A stretch of DNA of 64,000 nt from an uncultured Acidobacteriota bacterium (GTDB taxonomy: Bacteria; Acidobacteriota; UBA6911). Shown in pieces: positions 10,251 to 20,495 of the stretch (position 1 is the first letter of the stretch; every line of letters begins with the position of its first letter). The notes below the pieces were generated by a model, which searched no databases, was not told where the DNA came from, and worked only from the letters and a program-made list of their open reading frames with translations. The DNA lies in contig CAWHCF010000006.1 in NCBI GenBank assembly GCA_963827655.1, positions 64,001 to 128,000 of the forward strand, read 5' to 3'. The position numbers were made by a program, and so were the translations under genes.

Positions 10251-10464
10251 TGCCGCAGGGGTTGGCGATAGCGACTACCGTGGACACGTCTGCTTCTAAC
10301 ACGCAGTCTTGCCCATCCTCTCGCACCAGATGAGATTGAAAGTCCGAAGGACGCGTGGGGCCAGAATTCAGGATCCAGTCCGGCGGTCCTGCCCGAATTC
10401 TGGATCCTGAATCCTAGGCTGGATTTCGAGACCGGCCGCTACGGCTGGTCCCGCAGATTACTTA

Positions 10465-11109
10465 TTAGAAAGTCCGGCCGGTGCGATTGCGATAGCGGCG
10501 GCTGCCGTTAAATCCGTCGCCGTATCCCTCTTGAAAGCCTCGGCGATATCCGGCTTGATAGTCACGCTTGTTGCCGTAACTCGATCGATAGCCGTCATCG
10601 GCATCCCGGTAGTCGCCATGCCGGTTGACATCCGGATTGCGGTTCTTCCGGTAATCTTCCAGACCCTTTTCCTGGCCGTCGCGGTATCCGCGCTCGAAGC
10701 CCATTTCAAACGCCTGGCTGTACCGGGTGTTCTGTGGATAACGCGAATCGGGGTAACGAGAATCATCCGGGTAGCGATTGGGGAAGCGAGAATCGCCTCT
10801 TCCGTTCCCTTGATAGCTGGCGCGATACCCAGTCTCGTACCCTTGTCGATATCCTTTCTGGTAGTCGCCTCTGTGCCCTATAGAATTTCTCCAGCCATCA
10901 TCGGCCCTTCTGTACCTGTCGTTCCGAGGATCGTGGCCCCTTCCGGCGCGATAATCGTTCTGCCCCTCGCGCGCGCCGTCTCGATATCCTTCATCGTATC
11001 CGAGTCTGAAGGCCTGGTCCTTGCTAACGGCCCCTTGCGCAGCGTGGGGCAGCACGAATGAACCCAAAAAGAGCGTGCATAAGATTGCAATCAAGAATTC
11101 TCTCTTCAT
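10465..11109 (-). CDS. Secreted Gly/Tyr/Arg-rich protein with two ~70-aa repeats
   Basis: Signal peptide MKREFLIAILC...AAQG; duplicated QAFxxGxxxGYRDG...DYQxGYRxG units. Confidence 0.8.
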   Translation of the reverse strand: MKREFLIAILCTLFLGSFVLPHAAQGAVSKDQAFRLGYDEGYRDGAREGQNDYRAGRGHDPRNDRYRRADDGWRNSIGHRGDYQKGYRQGYETGYRASYQGNGRGDSRFPNRYPDDSRYPDSRYPQNTRYSQAFEMGFERGYRDGQEKGLEDYRKNRNPDVNRHGDYRDADDGYRSSYGNKRDYQAGYRRGFQEGYGDGFNGSRRYRNRTGRTF

Positions 11110-11148
11110 CCTTCCACCTTCCTCAAACAGAGCATTTGTCATGTTCCG

Positions 11149-11176
11149 TTAGATGAATCGAGGAGTGAAATGTTTC
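11149..11176 (-). promoter_or_regulatory. ECF-sigma-type promoter
   Basis: TGAAAC-N16-CATCTA upstream of 11109; resembles the TGAAAC-N16-CGT consensus. Confidence 0.45.
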
Positions 11177-11262
11177 AATTTCTTGAAGCGAGTATAATCG
11201 CCTCTGTCCGGCGGGGACCCTAGTGTTTCAAGCGTCTTCGCCCCGTCGCTGAAGGAGAAAAC

Positions 11263-12298
11263 ATGAAACCTAAGATCGCTATGGCCCGATACCTGACTGC
11301 GCTGCTCTGCCTGGCAACGAGCGGGTTCTCTGAAACCCACACCATCTATCCCAACCACCATTCCCGCGTGTTTTCGGCGTACAAGACCCCCGTATTGCGA
11401 ATCAAGTCCGGCGACACGGTGATCACGCGCACCTGGGATTCCGGCGGCCAGGACTATCAGGGCGTCCGGCACATCCAGCACCCCTATGTCTACCCCGAAA
11501 GCGGGAATCCGCTGATGGGTCCGTTCTACATCGAGGACGCGGATTACGGTGATGCGCTGGAAGTGCGTCTCGACCGGGTGCGCCTGAACCGAGACTGGGG
11601 ATACACGAGCTACCGCTTGAGCCCCGCCGTGCTGAATCCGGGAACATCTCTGTACGAGAACTTCTACAAAATGGATGCTCTGCGTCCCAAACGGGCTGAC
11701 CTGATTCCGTGGGACCTCGATCTCAAGCGCGGCGTGGCGAGTCCGCGGCTGCTCGAGGGCTCCGGCGTCAAGATCGAGGTGCCGGTCCGGCCGATGCTCG
11801 GGTGCATCGGAGTCGCGCCGCCGGGAGAGCGGGTCGAGACGTCAGGGCCGTCCTCGACCCACGGCGGCAACATGGACTACAACGACATCATCGAGGGGAC
11901 CACGGTCTATTTCCCCGTGTATCACAAGGGCGCGTACTTCTACATTGGGGATGGCCATGCGCTCCAGGGCGACGGCGAAGGCCTCGGCTCCGGCGTGGAA
12001 ACTTCACTCGATGTGCAGTTCACGGTTCGGGTCCTCAAGGGCAAGCGCCTGTCGATTCCGCGGCTCGTGACCGACACGCACCTCGTCTCCATCGGCAGCC
12101 AGGCCGAGTTCTCGAGCAGCATGGATCACGGCCTGCGCATGGCCAATACGGACATGCTCAACTGGCTTACCTCGGAGTACAAGTTCACCCAGCCCGAGGC
12201 CCACATGCTGCTGGGGACCGTCGGTGGAGCACAAGATCGTCACGTACTTCGGCACCATCAGCACGCTCATGCCGAAGAAGTACCTCCCCAAGCGCTGA
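11263..12298 (+). CDS. Acetamidase/formamidase family protein with signal peptide; frameshift near 12222
   Basis: NPLMGPFYIE, PMLGCIGVAP, HGGNMDY, GDGHALQGDGE; the shifted frame ends VEHKIVTYFGTISTLMPKKYLPKR* at 12298. Confidence 0.85.
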
Positions 12299-12412
12299 AA
12301 CCAAGCGTCTGTGGAGAGCCCATGGGTTTAGGCTCTTCTTGTTCCTTCGGTCCGAAAGGAAAAGGAAGAATCGCTGGCGGCGCTTCTTCGGCTGCGAAAG
12401 CGCAAGAGTGTC

Positions 12413-14971
12413 CTACTTGCGGCTACGTTCCTCCTCGTCATCGTCGTCATCCCCCGATTTCGGCGGGATGATCGAGTGCCCTGTCTTACTCATCAGAGCG
12501 CGGCGCACCGGAGCCGGATAAGGAACCTCCACTCCCTTGATGCTGTGCCAGATGGCGCGGTTGAGCGTGTCTTCATCCGCAACCGTCAGCCGGTCGTAGT
12601 CGGAAAAATCGAGTTCGAGCGAGGCTTTCGCCCCGTAGGCATTGTCCGGATTCTTCGCCAAGAGGTCGACGCGCGCCGGAAGCGCGGTATACAGGGTAGA
12701 CTCCTGTTTCATCGTGAACGAGTTATACATGGGAGTTGCCGACGCATCATACTGGCTCATCGGGGGCAGCCCCAGGATCAGCTCGATCGTACGGAGCATC
12801 GAGACCGTGGTATAGAAGGTGCTGTCCAGGTGGCGACGCCTGGTATAAGGGGAAATCACCAGCGCGATCGTGCGGTGCGCGTCTACGTGATCGGGACCGT
12901 TCTGGGCATCGTCTTCGATCACGAAAATCGCCATCTCCTTCCAGTACTTGCTTCGCGTGCAGGCTTCGACAATCTTGCCCAGCGCTATGTCGTTGGAGGC
13001 AACGCAGGCCTTGGGCGTGAACGTGCCGGGACGCGTGCCGGTGGTGTGGTTTTCACCCAGTGACATGATCATGAAACGCGGCAGGCTGTTCGTGCGCTCA
13101 AATTCGGCAAGCTCCTTGATAAAAACGTCGGCTTTCTCCGGGTCTCGCTTGCCGGCTGCGCGCGCGGCCTGCCAGGCGGCGCTGGCGTGTCCCTTCAGTC
13201 CCGTGACTCCGTCGCCGCTGGTCAAGGGACCGGGCGGGGCCTCGGTCCCGGTGGCATAGACGTACTCGCCGTACGATCGGTAGGAAAGGCCCTTGCGCGC
13301 GCACAGATCCCAGATGTAGCCGGCCGGCGGGACGGTTACCTGCTCGGTCAGAGGCTGCCTTCCGCGACCGGCATACTGGGCGGGCCAGGAGCGAGCCGTA
13401 ATATCGGTGACATAGGCTCCGGTGCTCCAGGGGTGTCCGTCAGCCGAGACCTCGCCGCTGCAATAGGTGTTGTCCAGGAGCACATACTGTCGCGCAAGCT
13501 CGTGGTGATTCGGGGTAACATCCTCGCCAAACAGCGTGAGGTTGGGATCGCCGTTGCCGAGGGGTTTCCCGTTGCTGTCTTTGAAAGCGCCGAAGACCTG
13601 ATCGTAGGTGCGGTTCTCTTTGATGATGTAGAGAACATGCTTGATCGGAGAAGGATCGCCTACGCGCGAAGGTACCGGATTCGAGCCGGCGCGCGGAGCT
13701 CGGGCCGGACGATCTATCAGCGTGTCCTTGTACGGCGTATTGGCGTAAACCTGGCGCGTGAAGGCGGCCAGCCGGTCGTCATCGGGGAGCTCCAGCAAGG
13801 AAATCAGACCCCCTAGCAAGGTGCCGATATAGTCGTAACCCTTGGGAGCGACCGGATCGATAGGGAGCGTCTTGACAGGGTTGGCGCGGGTTCCAAGCCC
13901 CTTGCCGCTTGCGATGAACAGGCGCTTTCCATCGGGCATTGCGGAGACGGCTGTGGGATACCAGCCGGTGGGTATGAAGCCGCGCACCCGGCTGGAACCG
14001 GGACGTGAGATGTCGACCACCGCGACTGCATTGTTATCGGCATTGGCCACGAACAGCGAGTGCCCGTCCGGCGAGAGAGCCAGCGCGTTGGGAGTCGTTC
14101 CCGCGGGTGAGCGCGGCGTGAGCGAAACACGAATCTGCTCGTGGGTCCGGCCGTTCAAAGGATCGAGCACGACCACGGTGTCATCGTTGCCGCAGGATAC
14201 GAAGGCGCGCCCGTCAGGCGCAAAGACGAAATCGTTGGGGTGATTTCCGGTTTGCAGCACACGAGAGGTGGAAAGATCGTTCGGATTCAGGGCAAGAAGA
14301 CTGCTCAACGCCCATTGCGTAACGTAGAGCACGGAGCCATCCGGCGCGAAACGGAGGCAATAGGGACGCGCTCCCTGCGCGAGAGGCTTTCGGGTCTTGA
14401 CCTTGCCGTCCGGAAGGCTGAGCGCGTAGATGGTATCGGTCGCGATGTTGGCCGCATAAAGCGTCGAGCCGTCCGGAGAGAGCGCCAGTCCGGCAACATA
14501 GGCCTGCCCTTTCTCCTTCTCCTTCGAGGCATCCTGGGTGAGGTCCGGCAAGTCAATCTGCCGCCCGGCGCCAAACTTGCCCTGGTCTTCTTTCCTGAAA
14601 ACGTGAATACGGGGTGACGCGCCGCCGGAGACGTAAAGCGCGCTGCCGTCTTTCGACCAGACGATGCCGTTCCAGGCCCGTTCGAGCGGAAGCGATTGAC
14701 GTATTTTCCCCGTAGCGGTGTCTACCAGATGAAGCGTGTGAGGAGCGTACCCGGCGCTGGTCAGAGCAAGAGTCTGTCCATCGGGACTGAGGGCGCAGCC
14801 GAGCAGCATGTCGCCCGTCTCCTGGTGTTTGCCGGCTGGTGTGATGGTCCAGCCCGAATGAAGACGAACGCTCTTCTGGTCGCGTTCAGAATCGGCATAG
14901 ACGGCGGTGAGGAGAAGAGCGCAGGTAACCGCAACTCCCGCCTGCAGAGTTCGAGATTTCGAAAGGCGCAT
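12413..14971 (-). CDS. YncE-like beta-propeller plus alkaline phosphatase/phosphoesterase-family domain, secreted
   Basis: LSPDG repeats; IKHVLYIIKENRTYDQVFG, SADGHPW, EDDAQNGPDHVDAHR. Confidence 0.88.
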   Translation of the reverse strand: MRLSKSRTLQAGVAVTCALLLTAVYADSERDQKSVRLHSGWTITPAGKHQETGDMLLGCALSPDGQTLALTSAGYAPHTLHLVDTATGKIRQSLPLERAWNGIVWSKDGSALYVSGGASPRIHVFRKEDQGKFGAGRQIDLPDLTQDASKEKEKGQAYVAGLALSPDGSTLYAANIATDTIYALSLPDGKVKTRKPLAQGARPYCLRFAPDGSVLYVTQWALSSLLALNPNDLSTSRVLQTGNHPNDFVFAPDGRAFVSCGNDDTVVVLDPLNGRTHEQIRVSLTPRSPAGTTPNALALSPDGHSLFVANADNNAVAVVDISRPGSSRVRGFIPTGWYPTAVSAMPDGKRLFIASGKGLGTRANPVKTLPIDPVAPKGYDYIGTLLGGLISLLELPDDDRLAAFTRQVYANTPYKDTLIDRPARAPRAGSNPVPSRVGDPSPIKHVLYIIKENRTYDQVFGAFKDSNGKPLGNGDPNLTLFGEDVTPNHHELARQYVLLDNTYCSGEVSADGHPWSTGAYVTDITARSWPAQYAGRGRQPLTEQVTVPPAGYIWDLCARKGLSYRSYGEYVYATGTEAPPGPLTSGDGVTGLKGHASAAWQAARAAGKRDPEKADVFIKELAEFERTNSLPRFMIMSLGENHTTGTRPGTFTPKACVASNDIALGKIVEACTRSKYWKEMAIFVIEDDAQNGPDHVDAHRTIALVISPYTRRRHLDSTFYTTVSMLRTIELILGLPPMSQYDASATPMYNSFTMKQESTLYTALPARVDLLAKNPDNAYGAKASLELDFSDYDRLTVADEDTLNRAIWHSIKGVEVPYPAPVRRALMSKTGHSIIPPKSGDDDDDEEERSRK

Positions 14972-15070
14972 CGTGTGTTCTCCTTGAATAAAACGAAACT
15001 GAAGGCGAGAGGGGTCTCGGATGCGACTCTAGCAAAATTCAGATCGGAACACCACGAAAGTTCTGGACTA

Positions 15071-15303
15071 AGGGTTCGCGCAGAAATAAGTTCTCATTCT
15101 GCTGCAGGCCCCCAGGGCCCGCTGGCGAGGCGCGAGCGACGATGCGTACCCGGTGCGGTACGTGAGGAGCGAGCAACAAAGCCAGCGGGCCTGCGGGCCG
15201 CAGCCCGAAGGGGCGCGATCCTCAGCGTGTTAGCTTACAGACCGATTCATGATTGACCACCGACACTCGCGCCAGAATGTGAAGTTATTTCTGCGTGAGC
15301 CCT
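15071..15303. mobile_element. MITE-like non-autonomous element (233 bp)
   Basis: 31-bp terminal inverted repeats (15071-15101 and 15273-15303, 4 mismatches); GC-rich internal hairpins; no transposase. Confidence 0.75.
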
Positions 15304-15417
15304 GAGTGCAATCCGAGAGTCAAAGTTCTGGTAAGATTGATTTCTTGCTTTTTCTTGGTGTATCTTCGTGTCTTTGAGTCTTAGTGGTATTTGTTAGTTG
15401 GGTTCTGGAGACCTGCG

Positions 15418-16860
15418 ATGACGAAAGCCATTCGAGTCCTTTTGTTTGCCCTGTCGGTTCTGGTTGTTTCGGCGCCCGCGCAAGACAAAGCGGCAAAGAT
15501 CGACGAGCTGATGTCGCAATATCACGAGTACCGGCAATTCAACGGCTCGGTCCTGGTGGCGGATCAGGGAAAGGTCATCTACAAAAAGGGCTTTGGTCTG
15601 GCCGACATGGAATGGAACATCCCCAACACTCCGGAAACGAAGTTCCGGCTGGGATCGATTACCAAGCAATTCACAGCCGCGGTGGTTCTCCAGCTGGTCG
15701 AGGAAGGAAAACTCCGGTTCGAGGGAAGGATCTGTGATTACCTCCCGGAGTACCCAAGGAAATCCGGAGAGAAAGTAACTATTCATCAGCTGCTGACGCA
15801 CACGTCCGGTATCCCCAGCTACACAGGCCTGCCTGACTTTTTCGAGAAGATGAGTCGCGATCCCTACTCTCCAACTGATTTCCTCAAGGTATTCTCCGGA
15901 CTCGATTTTGAATTCGAGCCCGGGTCTAAGTTCCGCTACAACAACTCCGGCTATTTCCTTCTGGGAGCTATCATCGAAAAAGTCAGCGGCGAGAGCTACG
16001 AAAAGGTTCTCCAGGACAGGATCTTCAAGCCGTTAAACATGAAAGACAGCGGGTACGATCTTCACAAGACCATTCTCTCCAGGCGCGCCGCCGGTTACAG
16101 CCGCACTCTCGATGGTTATGAAAATGCGCCCTACCTCGACATGTCGCTTCCCTATTCCGCAGGCTCACTCTATTCGACGGTCGAGGATCTCTTCCTGTGG
16201 GACCAGGCCCTCTACGCCGATAAACCGGTCTCGGGGAGGTCCAAAGAGCTGATGTTCAAAGCCAACCTGGAAAATTATGGTTACGGCTTGATCATCCGAA
16301 AGGCGCCGATCATCGAAGGGAAAAACGAGGTAACGACCATCGGCCATGGCGGCGGCATCAACGGGTTCAATACCCTGATAGAACGCCTGGTCGAAGATAA
16401 GCACCTCATCGTCCTGTTGAACAACACCGGCGGAACCAGATTGGGCGAAATGAGCCAGGCGATAAAAAACATCCTGTACGGCGCGCCTGTCAAAAACCCT
16501 CTGAAACCGGTTTCGCAGGTGTTATACAAGACTATTCTCGAGCAGGACCTGGCTTCGGCTGTGAAGCAGTACCGGGAGCTCAAAGCGAACCAGTCCGCGC
16601 AATACGATTTCAGCTGGCCCGAGCTCGATATGGTCGGACGGCACTTGCTGCAGGCGAAAAAACACAAGGATGCTCTGGAGATCTTCAATCTGAATGTCGA
16701 AGCCTATCCCAAGATCGCGGCCGTGTACAACAGCCTGGGGGATGCCTATCGGGAGGCGGGAAACAAGGAACTTGCGGTCAAGAATTATGCCAGGGCTCTT
16801 GAACTGAATCCTGGGAACCGGGGACTGGTGGATAAAATCAAAACTGTGGTTGATAAGTAA
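15418..16860 (+). CDS. Serine hydrolase (class C beta-lactamase/PBP-like) with C-terminal TPR
   Basis: Signal peptide; SITK (SxxK), LLTHTSGI, YNN (YxN), HGGG; TPR tail YNSLGDAY...ALELNP. Confidence 0.9.
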   Translation: MTKAIRVLLFALSVLVVSAPAQDKAAKIDELMSQYHEYRQFNGSVLVADQGKVIYKKGFGLADMEWNIPNTPETKFRLGSITKQFTAAVVLQLVEEGKLRFEGRICDYLPEYPRKSGEKVTIHQLLTHTSGIPSYTGLPDFFEKMSRDPYSPTDFLKVFSGLDFEFEPGSKFRYNNSGYFLLGAIIEKVSGESYEKVLQDRIFKPLNMKDSGYDLHKTILSRRAAGYSRTLDGYENAPYLDMSLPYSAGSLYSTVEDLFLWDQALYADKPVSGRSKELMFKANLENYGYGLIIRKAPIIEGKNEVTTIGHGGGINGFNTLIERLVEDKHLIVLLNNTGGTRLGEMSQAIKNILYGAPVKNPLKPVSQVLYKTILEQDLASAVKQYRELKANQSAQYDFSWPELDMVGRHLLQAKKHKDALEIFNLNVEAYPKIAAVYNSLGDAYREAGNKELAVKNYARALELNPGNRGLVDKIKTVVDK

Positions 16861-16951
16861 AAGTAGAAGTTCTTTGCGTCCTGGTGTCTTAGGGTAGTTT
16901 GCGCAAAACCAGGAAGCCCTCTCGCCGGCGAGGCGAAGAACGGAGACTCTG

Positions 16952-18670
16952 ATGAGCATCGCACTTCTTGCCGCGGTTGTTCTGACGGTGCTGGCCGTGG
17001 GATACGTCCTGTACGGAAGGGTCGTCGCCCGCGTCATGGGTCTGGATGCCGCGAATCCCACTCCAGCCAATACCGTCAATGACGGAGTCGATTTTGTGCC
17101 GACCCGGAAGTTTTATCTGCTGGGCCAGCACTTTTCCGCGATCGCGGCGGCGGGTCCGATCGCCGGACCCATTCTGGCGTGCCAGCAATTCGGCTGGCTT
17201 CCCTCGATTCTGTGGATCGCTCTGGGTGTCGTCTTCATCGGCGCCGTTCACGACTTCTCCAGTCTCATAGCTTCAGTTCGTCACGGAGCGAAGTCGGTGG
17301 CAGAGATCATGCGGGAGCACGTCAGCCGCCGCGCCTGGAAGGCTATGATGACCTTTATCTGGGTCGCCCTGATCTACGTGATCGTTGCGTTCACCGATAT
17401 AACCGCCAGCACCTTCGTGGGTGTCACCCAGGAGTTCCCGCTGGAGAACGTGACCTTCAATGCCGGCGGGGCGGTGGCGCTCGCAAGCACGCTCTATTTA
17501 CTTCTTGCGGTGCTGATGGGATTCATCCAGAAACGCTGGAATCCGCCGCTCTGGACTCTGACGGTGACATTTGTTCCCGCCACCTTCGTCCTGGTATGGC
17601 TGAGCACCAAGGTTTCTACACTGTTTGTTTTCGCCATGGCCAACCCGGCGAAAATGTGGGGCCTGTTAATCTTGGCTTACTGTTTCGCGGCCTCGCTCGT
17701 GCCGGTGTGGAGTCTGCTCCAACCGCGCGGCTATCTCGGCGGGTTTGTCCTTTACGCGGCCCTTGCTGTAGGAGTGATCGGCATGTTCTTCGGCGGTTTT
17801 AACGTCGCCCAGGACTCATTCAAGACCTGGACCGCTACGTCTAGCGACGGCTCGCCTCTTCCCTTGTTCCCCTTCTTATTCGTAACCATCGCATGCGGCG
17901 CCTGCTCGGGTTTTCACGGTCTGGTCTGCTCCGGAACGACCTCGAAGCAGATCTCGCGCGAACCCGACTGTAGACCCGTAGGCTACGGCGCAATGCTGCT
18001 GGAAGGCTTTGTCGCGCTGATCGCCCTGGCAACCATCATGATTGTCGCTCCGGCGCAGACCAAAGGGATTGCCCCAGGGACGATCTACGGCAACGGGATT
18101 GGCGCTTTTCTCACGGTGCTGATCGGCGAAGAACATCGGCTGTTTGCGATTACCTTCGGCGCGATGGCCTTTTCGACTTTCGTATTCGATACGCTGGACG
18201 TGGCGACCCGACTGGGACGTTACATCCTGCAGGAGTTGTTCAGCTGGACGGGCAAGAGCGGCATGATTCTGGGAACGTCCGTCACGCTTCTGCCGGCTTG
18301 CATTTTCATAGCGACTGCCGAGAGAGGCGCGTACTTGAAGTACTGGACGTTGTTCGGCACGTCGAACCAGCTATTGGCCGCACTGACGCTTCTGGCGATC
18401 ACGAGGTGGTTGATGCGGACGGGGCGAAACTACTGGATTACGCTGGCGCCCATGCTGTTTGTTCTGACGGTAACGTTGTGGGCTCTCACCCTGCAGTTCG
18501 CCAACTTCTCGCGAACCGTGATGAATCAGGGTTTCGTGGCGGCAGGATCGACGACGATCAACGCGATCGCCGCTTTTCTCCTGTTGTTGATGACGGCGAT
18601 TATTCTTTGGGAAGCGCGTCGTTCTTTGGGAGGGCCGGGGAAACTGCAACTCGAGGGGGTCAGGCCGTGA
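16952..18670 (+). CDS. cstA: Carbon starvation protein A (CstA) family transporter
   Basis: NDGVDFVPT, GQHFSAIAAAGPIAGP, LLQPRGYL, TIACGACSGFHGL, FGTSNQLLA. Confidence 0.9.
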   Translation: MSIALLAAVVLTVLAVGYVLYGRVVARVMGLDAANPTPANTVNDGVDFVPTRKFYLLGQHFSAIAAAGPIAGPILACQQFGWLPSILWIALGVVFIGAVHDFSSLIASVRHGAKSVAEIMREHVSRRAWKAMMTFIWVALIYVIVAFTDITASTFVGVTQEFPLENVTFNAGGAVALASTLYLLLAVLMGFIQKRWNPPLWTLTVTFVPATFVLVWLSTKVSTLFVFAMANPAKMWGLLILAYCFAASLVPVWSLLQPRGYLGGFVLYAALAVGVIGMFFGGFNVAQDSFKTWTATSSDGSPLPLFPFLFVTIACGACSGFHGLVCSGTTSKQISREPDCRPVGYGAMLLEGFVALIALATIMIVAPAQTKGIAPGTIYGNGIGAFLTVLIGEEHRLFAITFGAMAFSTFVFDTLDVATRLGRYILQELFSWTGKSGMILGTSVTLLPACIFIATAERGAYLKYWTLFGTSNQLLAALTLLAITRWLMRTGRNYWITLAPMLFVLTVTLWALTLQFANFSRTVMNQGFVAAGSTTINAIAAFLLLLMTAIILWEARRSLGGPGKLQLEGVRP

Positions 18671-18715
18671 GAACCCACGACCTGACCCCTGGTGAACCTT
18701 GCTTCGCCTGAGATT

Positions 18716-19138
18716 TTATCTTCGGTCTTTATTCTCCGTCTGCCTGTGAAGCAGGTAGCCGGCCCCGGCTCCGATGGCGGCGCCGATCAAGGCGCCTTTG
18801 GTGCCACCCGCGATGGCGCCGGCAGCCGCGCCCGCTCCGGCGCTGCTTCCGATCAGGACCGTCTTTTCTTTGCCGGTACGTTCGACGCGGTGTCCATTGT
18901 TCTTGGTCGCGCCCTCGTAGATTGCGCTCCCGGCTCCGCCGATGATGGCGCCGGCAAGGGCTCCCTTCTTTCCGCCTGTCACCGCACCGATCACGGCGCC
19001 TGCCGCCGAGCTTCCGCCGATGATAAGGGCCTTTTCTTTGGTACTTCTTTCGTTATGGTCGGCCCATACCAGGGAGCTATTGGCGGTCATTCCGACCAGC
19101 AACAGCATCATGAAGAAAACTGATAATTTCTTTGTCAT
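18716..19138 (-). CDS. Glycine-zipper secreted/outer-membrane protein
   Basis: Signal peptide; two GAxxGAxxGGxKGAxxGAxxG units; SD AAGGAGG. Confidence 0.8.
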   Translation of the reverse strand: MTKKLSVFFMMLLLVGMTANSSLVWADHNERSTKEKALIIGGSSAAGAVIGAVTGGKKGALAGAIIGGAGSAIYEGATKNNGHRVERTGKEKTVLIGSSAGAGAAAGAIAGGTKGALIGAAIGAGAGYLLHRQTENKDRR

Positions 19139-19296
19139 CGTTTCCTCCTTGTCCCTCAGACAGAGACGAAAGGAGAGAGACTCCGACGAGCGGAAAGTTT
19201 CATCCCTTCCCCGAGAGGCTTCGCGACAAAGCTCTTAGCGTTTCTTGGAGTCTTCGTGTGCTCGAGGTTGGCTTTTCGAGAGCGTTCGAAAGCTTT

Positions 19297-19782
19297 TCAG
19301 TGACGCGCGGTTTTGTGGAGCGGAGCCGCATTCTCGATGAAACCCAGCGCAGCCGCCACTCTTCTTGCCTTGCGGGCCGGAACAAACTCGACGACGATGA
19401 CCGCCAGCACCAGCAGGATAAGGAAAGCCGGAATCCACGGGCTGTCCAGCGGCGAGGGCCAATCGGTTCGGATGATGATGTAGACGCTCAGGAGGGCGGC
19501 GAAAACCCAGTAGCCATGCAACCAGCGGCTTGCCTTCCGGCTCAAGGGCGGCGCCGGGATCTCTCTCTTGAGCCTGTTGCGCAGCCGATGATTGAAGTCA
19601 TCAGCCAGCAGCGGCGGCTCCATTCCGCGTCGCGCCCGGAGCAGCTCGGCATGAGCCAACCACTGCGCCTGGCAGCTTGCGCATTCTGCTGCATGCCGCT
19701 CGAAAGCCCGCCGTTCCTGGTCTGCATGCGTACCGCTCAACGCGAGCTCGAATTGATCGAATTCATTACAACCGCTTGCCAT
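19297..19782 (-). CDS. Putative zinc-finger (ZAS) anti-sigma factor
   Basis: C...FERHAAECASC (HxxxCxxC), two TM segments; overlaps the end of the ECF sigma. Confidence 0.8.
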   Translation of the reverse strand: MASGCNEFDQFELALSGTHADQERRAFERHAAECASCQAQWLAHAELLRARRGMEPPLLADDFNHRLRNRLKREIPAPPLSRKASRWLHGYWVFAALLSVYIIIRTDWPSPLDSPWIPAFLILLVLAVIVVEFVPARKARRVAAALGFIENAAPLHKTARH

Positions 19783-20389
19783 AAGCCACACTCTTCTTCT
19801 GCATTCGAGCATACAGACGCTGGCGTCCTCGATGCAAATAAGATTTCACGGTGCCTGGAGGAACCCCGAGGAATTCCCCGATCTCTTCGATACTGCACTC
19901 CATCCAGTAATGCAGGTAGAGAACCGAGCGGTACAGATCCGGAAGCTGCTCCATGCAACTCCGCACCAGCTGACGCTGCTCTGCGTTCTCGGCAACAGTC
20001 AGCGGGCTCGGCCTCGACCGGTCCGGGAATTCCTGAAGTGCTTCCACCGGAACATGGGGATGGCGGCTCCGCGCACGGCGTTTCGCGTCGATGGCGCGAT
20101 TAAAAGCAATCCGGTAAATCCATGTGCCAAACCGGCTCTCCTGGCGAAAAGTCTCCAGCTGTTTGTACACGATCACGAAAACTTCCTGGGTCACCTCTTC
20201 AGCTTCGGCGGCGCAGGCAGGACCCAGGATGGACAAGACAAGCCTGAACACGCGATCTTTGTAGCGCTCCACCAGAAGCTCAAACAAATCTTCGTCTGAG
20301 GTTCTCAGGAAATCTGCAATGATCTGAGAATCTTCCATTGAAGCGCTGGAGGTCTCAGGTTGCGTGCATGCGGTCACGGCGCCCATCAT
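19766..20389 (-). CDS. ECF sigma-70 factor
   Basis: AEEVTQEVF, FGTWIYRIAFN, LPDLYR, GTVKSYLHRGR; start at 20389 or 20338. Confidence 0.92.
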   Translation of the reverse strand: MMGAVTACTQPETSSASMEDSQIIADFLRTSDEDLFELLVERYKDRVFRLVLSILGPACAAEAEEVTQEVFVIVYKQLETFRQESRFGTWIYRIAFNRAIDAKRRARSRHPHVPVEALQEFPDRSRPSPLTVAENAEQRQLVRSCMEQLPDLYRSVLYLHYWMECSIEEIGEFLGVPPGTVKSYLHRGRQRLYARMQKKSVAYGKRL

Positions 20390-20495
20390 CGATTCCAGGA
20401 TGTCAGACCTCGAATATTTTCTTCCTGCGGGCGCGGCTGCCCAGGGCGCCATTTGCGAAAACGAAATACTCGCGGTGTGACACCCGTTTGGAAAC

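Noticed and set aside
15418-16860. Antibiotic-resistance beta-lactamase (also considered for the MBL at 48184-49050)
   Set aside because: The motifs fit broad serine-hydrolase and MBL-fold families; nothing supports a specific resistance call.
19175-19205. ECF promoter upstream of the glycine-zipper gene
   Set aside because: TGAAAC is present, but the spacing to the GTCT element is about 2 nt short of consensus.
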